A DNA stretch of 64,000 nucleotides from Phycisphaerales bacterium UBA5793 (lineage in GTDB: Bacteria; Planctomycetota; Phycisphaerae; Phycisphaerales; UBA5793). A program made the translations under genes and the position numbers. The notes beneath the pieces are model-generated. The model saw only the letters and a program-made list of their open reading frames with translations, made no database searches and had not been told where the DNA came from. Numbering within the stretch: the first letter of the stretch is position 1; each line of letters starts with the position of its first letter. Below are positions 1 through 9,892 of the stretch, in pieces. Location: assembly GCA_002418285.1 (NCBI GenBank), contig DIDT01000018.1, forward strand, positions 6,941 to 70,940. Direction: 5' to 3'.

Positions 1-561
1 AATGCGCTTCTGGGTTCTCAGGTTGCGATAGTCGTTCACAATCTGGCTGGCGGGCTCGCGTCATCCATAGCCCGCGTCTACTTTGAAGATGGCACGCTGG
101 TGGGCATCGCGTCAATTCACCAGTTTACCGGCGGCTCGGGTCACACGGATTTCGAGGAGAACTCCTCGCCGAGCGACTTACCAGGCGGAAGCTCGCTGAA
201 TCCGCAATTCAGCTCGACGCGAGAGTTCAATATCGGAGCGGATTCTCCGCCACCCGTCAACGGCGTAAATCCCGGCGAGTGGATCGAGGTCGTCTTCAAT
301 CTCAAGGGCGTGTACGTCTTTTCGGATGTTCTGGATGCGATAGATCGCGGCTTCGCGAAGACAAACGGAGAGCCAAACTACGGCATGCCAACGCTGCGGA
401 TTGGAATGCACATCATCTCAATCGATGGTGGCAACAGTGACTCGTATCTCATGGAAAACCCGCAAGTCATCCCACTGCCGGCGCCGCTGGCGTTGGCGAT
501 GGTTGGAATGGTCGGCGTAGTAGGCTCCACCGTACGCCGCCGTCGCCCAAACATGACATAA
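1..561 (+). CDS. Exosortase-target (IPLPAP-CTERM) secreted protein, 5' partial
   Basis: Frame is open from base 1 and ends VIPLPAPLALAMVGMVGVVGSTVRRRRP (Pro motif + TM + Arg cluster). Confidence 0.85.
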   Translation, partial: NALLGSQVAIVVHNLAGGLASSIARVYFEDGTLVGIASIHQFTGGSGHTDFEENSSPSDLPGGSSLNPQFSSTREFNIGADSPPPVNGVNPGEWIEVVFNLKGVYVFSDVLDAIDRGFAKTNGEPNYGMPTLRIGMHIISIDGGNSDSYLMENPQVIPLPAPLALAMVGMVGVVGSTVRRRRPNMT

Positions 562-592
562 TCTGCCGCACTGTCGCAAGATCCAAAACATC

Positions 593-631
593 ACAACGCC
601 GGAGCCTTTGCTCCGGCGTTGTTGCGTTTTT
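593..631 (+). terminator. Rho-independent terminator
   Basis: 13-bp stem ACAACGCCGGAGC-cttt-GCTCCGGCGTTGT followed by a T-rich tract, between convergent genes. Confidence 0.75.
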
Positions 632-1018
632 CGTGGTGAGGCCAAGCTAGTTTTGCGCGGTTTTGTCAACTGGCGGATTTCTGGAGAGGGTCTCAGCATG
701 TTCCGCCGCAGGTCTGACCGTGTCAACAGCTTGCAAACACCATCCACGCGGACCTCTCCGGATCGGCATTGGATCAACCCATCGATGGTGACCACACCGC
801 AGGATGATACCGCGGTTGCCGACCTTTCGAGTTGTCCGAATCAAGTGCTCGTGGAAGCCGGGTAGACAATTCGCGCTGCCTCGCATTCTCTCGCGAATTG
901 CAAGAAGGCCCGGTCAAGCAACTTTGATCGTCAGCAAGAAGTGGGCCGGCGTCGCGCACCGGCCCACTTGTAGAGTCTGGGATGTAATCTGCGAGCGCAA
1001 GTCTCGCACGCAAGTCCA

Positions 1019-1762
1019 TCAGAGCGTCGTCCTGCCATTCGCCGATCGCCGGCGAAAGACGCTGCCGCCGATTACACCGATGAGCCCCAGACTAGCCACC
1101 CAAACTGGCGCCGGCAAAGGGATCATCACGAGCAGATCCTGCGCAATCCCGGTGTGATTCACATCTGTCCACATGTTCATCACGCGGACGTTTCCGATGT
1201 CGTTGGCGCCCCATCGGTTGCCACCGCCAATTGCCCAGTTGGCCAGACCGAGCAAGTCAGAGGCAAATCCACTCGGTGCAGTTTGCTCCTGCTCGATATC
1301 CCAGATCGCCTCTTGAAGCGCGATACCATCGGCTGATACCAAGTCAGTGAAAGTCGACTGAGACGCCAAACCCCATGCACCCAACTCACTCGAGAGCGTT
1401 CCACGAATGAAGTGCGTGTAGAGATATGCCGTGCGCGAGTCCAGGGGGTCTGGGTTTTCACCGCCGCTTCCGCCACCGATCGCGCGGTCGTTGATATCGA
1501 TCCAGTACGTTCCGCCCTGACTGAGGTACTCGTTCGTCTCCACACAGAATGTGATGAAGTGGCCAGCACCGGCGCCGTGCTGGTTCATCCCTTCGCTTGC
1601 CTGGAACCCGATCGGTTGTACCTCGAAAGGACCACCATTGAAGTTCGACTGGTTCCAGGCAGTTGTGTCGTACACGTAGATTTGATCGGCACACACGTGC
1701 GAAGCCAGAACCACAGGCAACACCAATACAACAGATGAGCGGAGCATTGTTGATGCTCTCAT
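1019..1762 (-). CDS. IPLPAP-CTERM secreted protein, putative thioester (TED-like) domain
   Basis: Signal peptide; FCVE, LQEAIW, QDLL; ends MIPLPAPVWVASLGLIGVIGGSVFRRRS. Confidence 0.88.
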   Translation of the reverse strand: MRASTMLRSSVVLVLPVVLASHVCADQIYVYDTTAWNQSNFNGGPFEVQPIGFQASEGMNQHGAGAGHFITFCVETNEYLSQGGTYWIDINDRAIGGGSGGENPDPLDSRTAYLYTHFIRGTLSSELGAWGLASQSTFTDLVSADGIALQEAIWDIEQEQTAPSGFASDLLGLANWAIGGGNRWGANDIGNVRVMNMWTDVNHTGIAQDLLVMIPLPAPVWVASLGLIGVIGGSVFRRRSANGRTTL

Positions 1763-1957
1763 ACCCCTCTCTCCTTCTGGTGGGAGTAGTCCTGAGAATC
1801 AAACCGGGTTCGGGCCGCGGGATTTCTCCCACCGCAACACCCCGAGGTCCGACTGCGATGTGCTACTGACGACTGTGAACGCAGCAGTGTCTGCTAGCGC
1901 ATCGAGCTTGTCTGCGGCACGACTCCGGGGGGCTGCAGGCCGAAGCAACACTGGATT

Positions 1958-1985
1958 AGTTTGAATGACACTGCGCCGGTGTCAA
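1958..1985 (-). promoter_or_regulatory. Putative sigma70-type promoter
   Basis: TTGACA-N16-CAAACT on the minus strand; the same layout occurs upstream of two paralogs. Confidence 0.4.
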
Positions 1986-2147
1986 CAGTGGGGCAGCAGA
2001 ATCAACAAAGTCAGGGTGCGTTCCTCATGGGAGCAGCAGCCACTTTGTTGCTGTCCAAACCAGTCGAGAAACAGCCTGATTCGATCGTTCGGGTTCGTGC
2101 GTTCGGTCGCAAGCGGTGGGAGATTCTCGCGTCTTGCCCTCTGCGAA

Positions 2148-2942
2148 TCAGCACTGCCGGAGCCGACGACGGCTGGCAGCGGCTCCCCCCAGCCCCATGA
2201 TCGTCAGCCCGGCGCTGCCGAGCCAGAGTGGCGCCGGCAGGGGGATCATCACGAGCATGTCCTGGCGGGCGTTGGCGCCTTCCCAGACGTTGAGAATGCG
2301 GACATTGCTCAACTCTGGCCCGGAGTCCTGAATCCAGCCGGCCATGCTCGCATACCAGCTACGGGCGAGCACCTTGTGGATCGCACCGCCCTTGAAGTAG
2401 CCACCCGAATCGAAGGCGTCGGCGCCGTAGCGAGCCGCGAACCCCGTGGGGTCCTGGTAGTACCAGATCACTTCCTGAAGAGCTCGAGCTGAGGCGGCTT
2501 TTTCAGTGTCCGTTGCCAGCGCATCATCGAAGTAGCGATAGTTCTCGAGGTCGCCCTTGATGAAGTGCGAGTAGAGATAAGCAGTCTCGGCGCGAACCGG
2601 TTGGTACGTGTTGCGCGATTCGGTGTTCAGGTCGGCATCGTACCACGTCTTGAGTTGGAGGGTCTCGGTTGTCTCAACGCAGAAGCTGATGAAGTGACTG
2701 CTGTCCAGTCCAGTAGCTCCGAGGCCGACAGGAGTGAAATTTAACTGGCTCGCATTCACGACGAGTTCACCCGCGTAGCCGCCACCGGGCACAGCGAAGT
2801 GATTGCGCAGCGCGTCCAAGCGGACCTGGCCTGCGGGGATGGGTGCCGCGTGAGCGACCGTTGTTACGCCGCTGACGAGCAATGTCGCCGCGATCGTGCA
2901 GAACTGTTTGAGATGCGAGACGCGAGTGGCTGTGCGAGCCAT
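2148..2942 (-). CDS. IPLPAP-CTERM secreted protein, putative thioester (TED-like) domain
   Basis: Signal peptide ending AHA; FCVE, LQEVIW, QDML; IPLPAPLW-TM-RRRLR. Confidence 0.88.
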   Translation of the reverse strand: MARTATRVSHLKQFCTIAATLLVSGVTTVAHAAPIPAGQVRLDALRNHFAVPGGGYAGELVVNASQLNFTPVGLGATGLDSSHFISFCVETTETLQLKTWYDADLNTESRNTYQPVRAETAYLYSHFIKGDLENYRYFDDALATDTEKAASARALQEVIWYYQDPTGFAARYGADAFDSGGYFKGGAIHKVLARSWYASMAGWIQDSGPELSNVRILNVWEGANARQDMLVMIPLPAPLWLGSAGLTIMGLGGAAASRRRLRQC

Positions 2943-3086
2943 GGTCGTGCTTCCCTTTCTCCCACGTATCCGAACACCGTCAGGTCAGATAAGCATCATC
3001 CAAAAGACGTGGACGGGTGATCTCCACCGGCCCACGCATGGGAAACTTGGTTGTCAATCACGAGCACGGGCCTCGTGAAACACGCA

Positions 3087-3803
3087 TCACAGCGTGCTTG
3101 GCGATCGATTCGACCGACGACGGTAGACACTGCCGCCGATGACGCCGAACAGACCGATCCCAGCCATCCACACGGGAGCGGGCAGCGGGATCGAGACAAG
3201 CATGTCCTGCAACGCGGTGCCGGAGGGCGCGCCGTTGCTCACTGACGTCCAGTTGTTCAGAATGCGGACGTTTCCGATAGTCTCACCCCACGAGCCGCTG
3301 GCGTTGTGGACTTCGTAGTCAGCCAAGTCGAGCCACGTCTGAGCTTGGGTGTCGCCGCCGACGCTTCCAATCTGCTCCTGCAGATACCAGATGGCCAACT
3401 GCAGCGACGTCGCAGAAGCATTTGTGTTGTAGGTGTAACCCGACAGTGTTCCGTTGAGGAACTGGGTGTAGAGGAATGCAGTCTCGGCCTTCAGAGCCAC
3501 ACCCGTTGTCTCGGACTTGGTGTTGAGAAAGGAGTGCGCCGTCTGACCGTAGCCAATGTTCTCGGATTCTTCGACGCAAAACGTGACGAACTGGTTTGGT
3601 CCGGCACCATGCTGGCCCTGACCCTTCGGGGTGAAGTTCAGCGTGAGATTCGTCCAGGCGAATTCGCCCCCGCTGCCATTGCCGGCGAGCAGGCTGTCGA
3701 ACCGCATGGTCCCGACGTACTGCGGGGCAGCGAACGACTGCGTGGCGGAGAGTGTCGGAAGCAGCAGCGCGACCGCCGCAATACAAATGGAACGCAGTTT
3801 CAT
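3087..3803 (-). CDS. IPLPAP-CTERM secreted protein, putative thioester (TED-like) domain
   Basis: Start reassigned to MKLRSIC (ATG 3803, GAGGAGG RBS upstream); FCVE, LQLAIW, QDML; IPLPAPVW-TM-RRR. Confidence 0.88.
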   Translation of the reverse strand: MKLRSICIAAVALLLPTLSATQSFAAPQYVGTMRFDSLLAGNGSGGEFAWTNLTLNFTPKGQGQHGAGPNQFVTFCVEESENIGYGQTAHSFLNTKSETTGVALKAETAFLYTQFLNGTLSGYTYNTNASATSLQLAIWYLQEQIGSVGGDTQAQTWLDLADYEVHNASGSWGETIGNVRILNNWTSVSNGAPSGTALQDMLVSIPLPAPVWMAGIGLFGVIGGSVYRRRSNRSPSTL

Positions 3804-4063
3804 CTCTCTATTCCTCCTCTTGAATGCCCGTTGCCCTGTTCTGGGTCTCTTTTTCTCGATCTCGGAAGCCAGCCCGGATACGCCGGACTTGCTCCACCCC
3901 CAAACGTGGCGTCGTACCAACCGCTCCCGGCCCGAGGCAAGGTGTCGAATGTACGATTTGATCTGTCGTCGTGCCGGAACCCACGTTGCCCCTGGCTGGC
4001 CAGGCGCCCCGGCAATCGTCTTTCTCCAAACCAACAGCGTAAAGGCTGTTCCCTCAAGCAGTT

Positions 4064-4091
4064 AGTGTTGCCCGAGAGATGGAGATGTCAA
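4064..4091 (-). promoter_or_regulatory. Putative sigma70-type promoter
   Basis: TTGACA-N16-AACACT on the minus strand. Confidence 0.4.
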
Positions 4092-4394
4092 GTAGATTGA
4101 GGGCAAAGTCCTCCACTTCGCGAGAGGATTCTCGGCGATTCAGCACCCAGCGCCGGTTATAGGATGAGGAGCCCCACTGGGATGCCAATTGCAGTGGATT
4201 CTGGGACGCGGGCGGGCGCAAGAGCACAATCAAGGTGCTTGGAAATCTGGAGGAATTGCCAGCGTGGAATGCGAAATCCTGCCGCTCCCCCGAGGCTTGG
4301 GCATCGGGGTGGTAGAGATTGTGCTGTTGGGGGTAGATGGAGAGTAACAAGGTGGGGCCGGTCGACCTTGCGAATAATCGCCCGTTGCGAGCGA

Positions 4395-4430
4395 TGAAAT
4401 CAAAGCAGAAAGCGAGGCTTTGAAGCCTCG
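4395..4430 (-). terminator. Putative terminator
   Basis: CGAGGCTT/AAGCCTCG stem followed on the minus strand by CTTTCTGCTTTGATTT. Confidence 0.45.
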
Positions 4431-4490
4431 GTGAAAATCAAATGAGGATGGATGCGGGGAGATTAACCAGCCGGACTGACGTGGCCCACG

Positions 4491-4991
4491 TCACGCTGAT
4501 CCAGCAAAGTAGCCCTCCGAGGCGAACGCGTTGGAGCCGTATCGGACCTCGAATCCGGCGGGATCCTGAAAGTACCAAATGACCTCCTGAAGCGCCCGGA
4601 CAGAGCCCGCTTTCTGCGAGCCGCTCGCGGTGTTGTCATCGAAGTACCTGTAGCCCCCCACATCGCCCTTGATAAAGTGCGAGTAGAGATAGGCCGTCTC
4701 GGCCAGGACCTTGCGAATGGTGTTCCGAGACTCGGTATTGAGCTCGGCGTCATACCAGCGGTTCAGTCGAATGTCCTCAGTGGTTTCGACGCAGAAGCTG
4801 ACAAAGTGAGTGCTGTCCACGCCATTTCGGCCCAGGCCGACTGGAGTGAAGCTCAACTGGCTGGCGTTGACAAGGAACTCACCCGCATGCCCGCCTCCAG
4901 GCACGCTGAAGTAGTTCCGCAGGCCATCTAGGAGGATCTGGCCGGCGGGGATGGGGTCAGCCGCTGGCGGGAGATGTGCTCGCGGCGGCTA
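4491..4991 (-). pseudogene. Decayed paralog of 2148..2942 (copy A)
   Basis: ADPIPAGQILLDGLRNYFSVPGGGHAGEF...FCVE...LQEVIW matches the paralog; frameshift near 4965, N-terminus lost at the IS630, early stop and no sorting signal. Confidence 0.85.
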
Positions 4992-6043
4992 GAGCGTTCG
5001 CACTTCAAGCCTAGCGCGGTTCGGCGCATGTTCGGTGGCGCGAGGTGATGTGGGCATCTATGGTGTGTGCGGCTCAGGACCGAGCCGGACAAGGAGCCAG
5101 GATGGCCGGGCCGTATTCAACCGATCTGCGTCTCAGAGTGCTCGCCGCGTACGAACGTGGCATGACAACTTCGGCCATTGCCGAGGCGTTCAGCGTCTGC
5201 CCGGCGTGGGCGCGACGCGTCAAGCAACGCTTCCGCGAGAACGGCGAAGTTGAAGCGAGGCCGATGGGCGGCGCTCGTTACCTCAAGATCAGCCGGGCGC
5301 GTCTGGCGCAACTCGTCGCCGAGCAACCCAAGGCGACGCTGGCGGAACTGTGCGAACGCATCGAAGTCGAGTGCTCTCAATCCGGCATCAGCAAGGCGCT
5401 GCGGTCGTTGGAAATGACGCTAAAAAAAAGACGATCCACGCGGCCGAGCAGGACCGTCCGGACGTCGCAGCGCGTCGTGAACAGTGGCGTGAGTGGATTG
5501 CCGAAGTGGATGCCCGTCGACTGATCTTCATCGACGAGACGTGGGCCAAGACGAACATGACGCGATCGCGCGGCCGCTGCCGACGCGGGCAGCGTCTGAT
5601 CGACAAGACGCCGCACGGCCACTGGATGACGACCACGCTCATCGGCGCCTTGGACGGTCATGGCATGCGCTGCTCAATGGTGGTGGACGGCGCGGTGAAT
5701 CGCGAGGTGTTCGAAGCGTTCGTCGAGCAGGTGCTGTTGAAGCAGCTCAAGCCCGGCGACATCGTGGTGATGGACAACCTCTCAAGCCACAAGGGCGAGC
5801 GGATCGCCGAGTTGATCGAATCGGTCGGTGCGGAGGTGCGTTACCTGCCGCCGTACAGCCCGGATCTGAATCCGATCGAGATGATCTTCAGCAAGATCAA
5901 GCAGCTGCTGCGCAGCCTGGCGTGCCGCACGGTGGATCGATTGTGGCGTGCGATGCAGTCGGTGCTCGACCGCGTCACCGCCAGCGACGCCACCAACTGC
6001 TTCAACCATGCCGGATACCGCTACAGATGAGGTGGGAACGCTC
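4992..6043 (+). mobile_element. IS630-family insertion sequence (frameshift type)
   Basis: Imperfect terminal IRs GAGCGTTCGCACTTCA / TGAGGTGGGAACGCTC, TA on both sides in a CTAG context. Confidence 0.92.
5102..6030 (+). CDS. IS630 transposase, two frames joined by a -1 frameshift
   Basis: HTH ORF (MAGPYSTDLR) overlaps the DDE ORF (FIDETW, VMDNL, YSPDLNPIE) at an A8 run, 5422-5429. Confidence 0.9.
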
Positions 6044-6046
6044 TAG

Positions 6047-7413
6047 CAGGCCGCTAAGAAACTCAACCTTCTGATGGCGCTCCATGCATCCGGACGGGTG
6101 GGTGGCGCGTAGAGTGCGGCGACACCGGCACGGAGGCTTGCATCATGCGTGGACGTCGCGAGGGTCAGCAGGACCTGTTCATCATCTTCAATCCCGAAGA
6201 CCGCGTGCCGATGGATCATCCGCTGCGGAGGATCAAGCGTTGGGCGGATCGCGTGCTCGCGGAGATGAGTCGGGACTTCAATCGCGCCTACAGCCACACC
6301 GGCCGGCCGGGCGTGCCGCCCGAGCAGTTGCTCAAGGCGCTGCTGCTCCAGGCGCTCTATTCGATTCCCAGCGAGACCAAACTCGTCGAGGCGATCGAGT
6401 ACAACGTGCTCTACCGCTGGTTCGTCGATCTGCCCATGGAGCAGAAGGCGTGGACGCCCGAGGCCTTCAGCATGAACCGCCAGCGCTTCGAAGCCCATGA
6501 CCTCTTCCGCAAGTTCTTTGATCGCGTGGTGGCCGAGGCGATTGATCAGGATCTGGTCAGTGCCGATCACTTCACGGTGGACGGCACGCTGATCCGTTCG
6601 CTGGCGAGTCACAAGAGTCTGCAGCCCATGGCCGGGACGAACGCCGCTGCATCGAAGAAGAGCAACGGCGACGATGACTCCAACGCGCCGTCGGGCCGCG
6701 ATGTGCTCGTGGACTGGAAAGGCCAGAAGCGGAGCAACAAGACGCATCGCTCGACGACGGATCCGGAAGCGCGGCTGGCGCGCAAGGGCTTCGGCCGCGA
6801 GTCGCACCTGTGCCACAGCGGGCACGTGCTGATGGAGAACCGCCACGGCCTGTGCCTGGATGTCACGGTGGACACGGCCGACGGGCGGGCCGAGCCGCGC
6901 AACGCGCTGCGCATGCTGCGTCACGTGAAGCGTCGTCACGATCTCGTGCCTAAGACGCTCGGAGGCGACGCCAACTACCACCCGGGTCCGTTCCTCGTGG
7001 CTGTGGAGGAGCACGGCACGACGCCGCACGTGCCCATCAAGGCGAAGAAGATACGCGGCCAGAGCAAGCAGGCACAGGCGCGGCGGCGCGCCAAGATGAG
7101 GATGAAGACGCGTGGGCATCTCGTCAGCCAGCGCATCCGCAAGCGATGCGAGCAGATCATCGGCTGGGGCAAGACGGTCGCCGGCCTGGCTCGAACAAAG
7201 TTCATCGGCCATGTGCGGATCGAGAACTCGGCGCTGATGTGCGGCGCCGCGTACAACCTGCTGCGAATGAGCCGACTGGCGTCGAGTTGAGGAACGACCA
7301 CGCCCGACGCCGGTCACTCGCAACCGCCGGCGACGGGAAAACCACCAGATGACAGCGCCACGAACGCAATCACCCGAGAATCCACCGCCGTTCGGCGGTT
7401 CCTTAGCGGCCTG
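6047..7413 (+). mobile_element. IS5/IS1182-type insertion sequence
   Basis: IRs CAGGCCGCTAAGAAAC / GTTCCTTAGCGGCCTG; flanks CTAG and CTAA. Confidence 0.9.
6145..7290 (+). CDS. IS5/IS1182-type DDE transposase
   Basis: HPLRRI, GRPGVPPEQLLKALLLQALYSI, VDGTLI, STTDPEARL, GGDANY motifs. Confidence 0.92.
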   Translation: MRGRREGQQDLFIIFNPEDRVPMDHPLRRIKRWADRVLAEMSRDFNRAYSHTGRPGVPPEQLLKALLLQALYSIPSETKLVEAIEYNVLYRWFVDLPMEQKAWTPEAFSMNRQRFEAHDLFRKFFDRVVAEAIDQDLVSADHFTVDGTLIRSLASHKSLQPMAGTNAAASKKSNGDDDSNAPSGRDVLVDWKGQKRSNKTHRSTTDPEARLARKGFGRESHLCHSGHVLMENRHGLCLDVTVDTADGRAEPRNALRMLRHVKRRHDLVPKTLGGDANYHPGPFLVAVEEHGTTPHVPIKAKKIRGQSKQAQARRRAKMRMKTRGHLVSQRIRKRCEQIIGWGKTVAGLARTKFIGHVRIENSALMCGAAYNLLRMSRLASS

Positions 7414-7416
7414 CTA

Positions 7417-7781
7417 AAGGTATGCCGTCTCGGCATGGACGGTGCGGTTTGTGTTCTGCGACTCGGTATTGAGATCGCCGTCTTACCAGCGGATGAGATC
7501 AATATCCTCGTGCGTCTCAACACGGAAGCTGACCTTCGACGGCGTGCCACCCGATGCCGATTGGAGCGATGCTCAAACTGCTGGATTTGACGACGAACTT
7601 GCCAGCGTATCCGCCACCCGGATACGCTGAGGTAGTTTCGGAGACCGTCCATGCGGATCTGGCCGCAGCGGATGGGGTTAGCGCTGGCCGGAGATGCTAT
7701 CGCAGCGACGAGCACCATCGCGGCCAGCGTGGTGGCGACAGCTTTCACCGTTTGAGTCTGGCGATTCGCTGCAGTTGCCAT
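7417..7781 (-). pseudogene. Decayed paralog of 2148..2942 (copy B, 5' half)
   Basis: MATAANRQ signal peptide, GQIRMDGLRNYLSV, then after frameshifts EDIDLIRW*DGDLNTESQNT...AETAYL; cut by the IS. Confidence 0.75.
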
Positions 7782-7931
7782 TACCGAACAGATCATTTTC
7801 CGGGAGGGCGCCAAAGCAGGAGAGGCTAAGCGACTCTCCGTACAAAAGCGTGGGCTGGCGATATCCACCGCCCCACGCTTAGTGAACATGTATCCTCGAA
7901 GAATGATCTTCTGGAGTGGTTATTTGCCGAA

Positions 7932-8438
7932 TCAGCCGCGAGCCCGACGCTTCCAAGCCGCAAAGCCACCAAGGCTGAGCAAACCAATGCCGCCCATTGC
8001 GAAGGGGACCGGGAGCGGAATCACAGTTGGATTCGCAAGACCACCAGCGTCGCCGAACACTCCTTGAGGTGGCGCGATGCTGACATGCCACGAGCCATCG
8101 GTGATCCCATCCAAGCTCATCTGTTCGGAATGCACGGAACTGAGCATTTCGCTGATGATGGAGGAGCCGTCGAACGCGAAGTTATGTGCGCCAACGACAA
8201 ACGTACCAGCATCAGGGTTCGATCCGGTGTCGAGGTTTTCAACGGTGACAACTCGCACTGCCGGATTCTCATCCGCTGCCAGCATGAAGCCAACGAACTG
8301 TCCGACAGCCTGATCAGGGCCGTTTCCGACCCCTTGTCTGATGCCTGAAATGTTGCCCGCCTGAGCGGTCCCCGTACCCGCCAGAGTCGCCACAAGAACT
8401 AGAGTAGTACTGCGATAGTCCATCATAAGGAATCTCAC
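7932..8438 (-). CDS. Small IPLPVP-CTERM secreted protein
   Basis: Signal peptide ending AQA; ends VIPLPVPFAMGGIGLLSLGGFAAWKRRARG; start may be the Met near 8426. Confidence 0.8.
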   Translation of the reverse strand: MRFLMMDYRSTTLVLVATLAGTGTAQAGNISGIRQGVGNGPDQAVGQFVGFMLAADENPAVRVVTVENLDTGSNPDAGTFVVGAHNFAFDGSSIISEMLSSVHSEQMSLDGITDGSWHVSIAPPQGVFGDAGGLANPTVIPLPVPFAMGGIGLLSLGGFAAWKRRARG

Positions 8439-8557
8439 TTTCTTCCACCTGCACCCGCTAGTGAATCAGGTTTGAGGTTGAGGTAGCCACACAAATCTTT
8501 GACGCCGCCTTCGAACCAGAAAGGTACCCTCTCCGGTGATGGGGACGCAGAGTACAC

Positions 8558-9322
8558 TCAGAGCGAAAGTTCCTGAGCCAGCGACCCTCGGTTGGAGCGA
8601 CGACGAACAACCGCTCCGCCGACCACACCGACGAAGCCAATACCCGCCATCCAAACCGGGGCTGGGAGGGGGACAAACACCAGCATGTCCTGGCGCTTGT
8701 TGTCACTTATTCTAGTCGAATCGAATTTCCATACGTTCAGTATGAACACGCCATTGGAGCTCGTCGGCGCCGCTGCGGCGGCCGCAGCGAGGAAGCTAGC
8801 CTTGAGCGCAGCCTGCGTGCCGGTCAGCCCACTGCCACCAGCGTATGCTTGACTTTGGAGCTCCCAGATGGCAGCCTGAAGAGCCGCGGCGGAGTCTACT
8901 CGCCCCGCCCCAGGCGTGTAGTCGTATCCCCCCAGAGAACCCAACACGAATTGCCGGTAGAGCCACGCTGTTTCGTTGTGGAGCGGAACGGGGGTGAGTT
9001 CAGAATTGTCGTTGAGGTCGGCGTCGTACGCCCATCCTGGGGAGACACTCTCGGTTGTCTGCACACAAAACGAGATGAAGTTGCCAGTTCCCGCACCGTA
9101 CGCTCCAAGGCCCATGGGAGTGACATTGAGCTGATAAGTCTGGCTGTGGGTGTTGGTGCCCGAAATGTCCCAGACGAACTCTCCGCCGTATGTAGGGCCA
9201 CCATTCTGCACCCGGACCAAGTGCATTGAACCAACGTCGACGGGAACCATGTCAGCTTGGGTCTGGGAGACGACGGGCAACATTAGCGCAACTACCAATG
9301 AGCAAATCGAACGCATCTTCAT
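8558..9322 (-). CDS. VPLPAP-CTERM secreted protein, putative thioester (TED-like) domain
   Basis: MKMRSIC start with GGAGG RBS; FCVQ, LQAAIW, QDML; VPLPAPVW-TM-RRR. Confidence 0.88.
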   Translation of the reverse strand: MKMRSICSLVVALMLPVVSQTQADMVPVDVGSMHLVRVQNGGPTYGGEFVWDISGTNTHSQTYQLNVTPMGLGAYGAGTGNFISFCVQTTESVSPGWAYDADLNDNSELTPVPLHNETAWLYRQFVLGSLGGYDYTPGAGRVDSAAALQAAIWELQSQAYAGGSGLTGTQAALKASFLAAAAAAAPTSSNGVFILNVWKFDSTRISDNKRQDMLVFVPLPAPVWMAGIGFVGVVGGAVVRRRSNRGSLAQELSL

Positions 9323-9576
9323 TTTCATCCTCCGTAGGTTCCGCTTCATCTCGCGGAAATTGTGTTTCACTCGATCACTGAAGCCGATCCGGATCCTCCG
9401 GAACTGCTCCCCCCCCGGAACAAATTACCGCACCAAAACCATCCTCCTCGGGTGGTGTTGGAACTCTCAACTCGACGTTCCGTCTGTCAAGAACGGTTGA
9501 AGCCACGGGCGGGCCTGGGACCGGGGCGATCATCTTCCATCGCAACCGCAGCAGAATCGCTGGATCGAGACACGGT

Positions 9577-9605
9577 AGTTTCCCTGATTCGTCCACCGAT
9601 GTCAA
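9577..9605 (-). promoter_or_regulatory. Putative sigma70-type promoter
   Basis: TTGACA-N17-GAAACT on the minus strand. Confidence 0.45.
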
Positions 9606-9892
9606 GCGCGAAACCGCTATCTTGAAGGTTTTTCTGTAAAATCCTTGGAAGTTCGCAGATGCCATACCGGGTTTTTCACAAGACTGCAAAGGTCGCGTTC
9701 TGAACTCATGTCAAGATAGTAAGACTGGGTGTGTGGGGCGTTTCTTTCGCGGCTGACGGTCGGGAGCGATCGCCAGTGGCAGGCTCGTCGAACACACCGG
9801 CGGACGAGGAGCGACAAGAAAAAACAACGCGTGACACGAACGGTCCGTGTCACGCGCAAACTGGGTTCGAGTTTGGGTGCCAGTCGCTGCGA

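Noticed and set aside
5422-5429. Split IS630 transposase as a pseudogene
   Set aside because: The A8 run at the ORF overlap is the usual programmed frameshift arrangement of IS630 elements
6043-7323. Long antisense ORFs (also 26103..27254, 59724..61418, 14378..15337, 15973..16992)
   Set aside because: Shadows of well-supported genes on the opposite strand in GC-rich DNA
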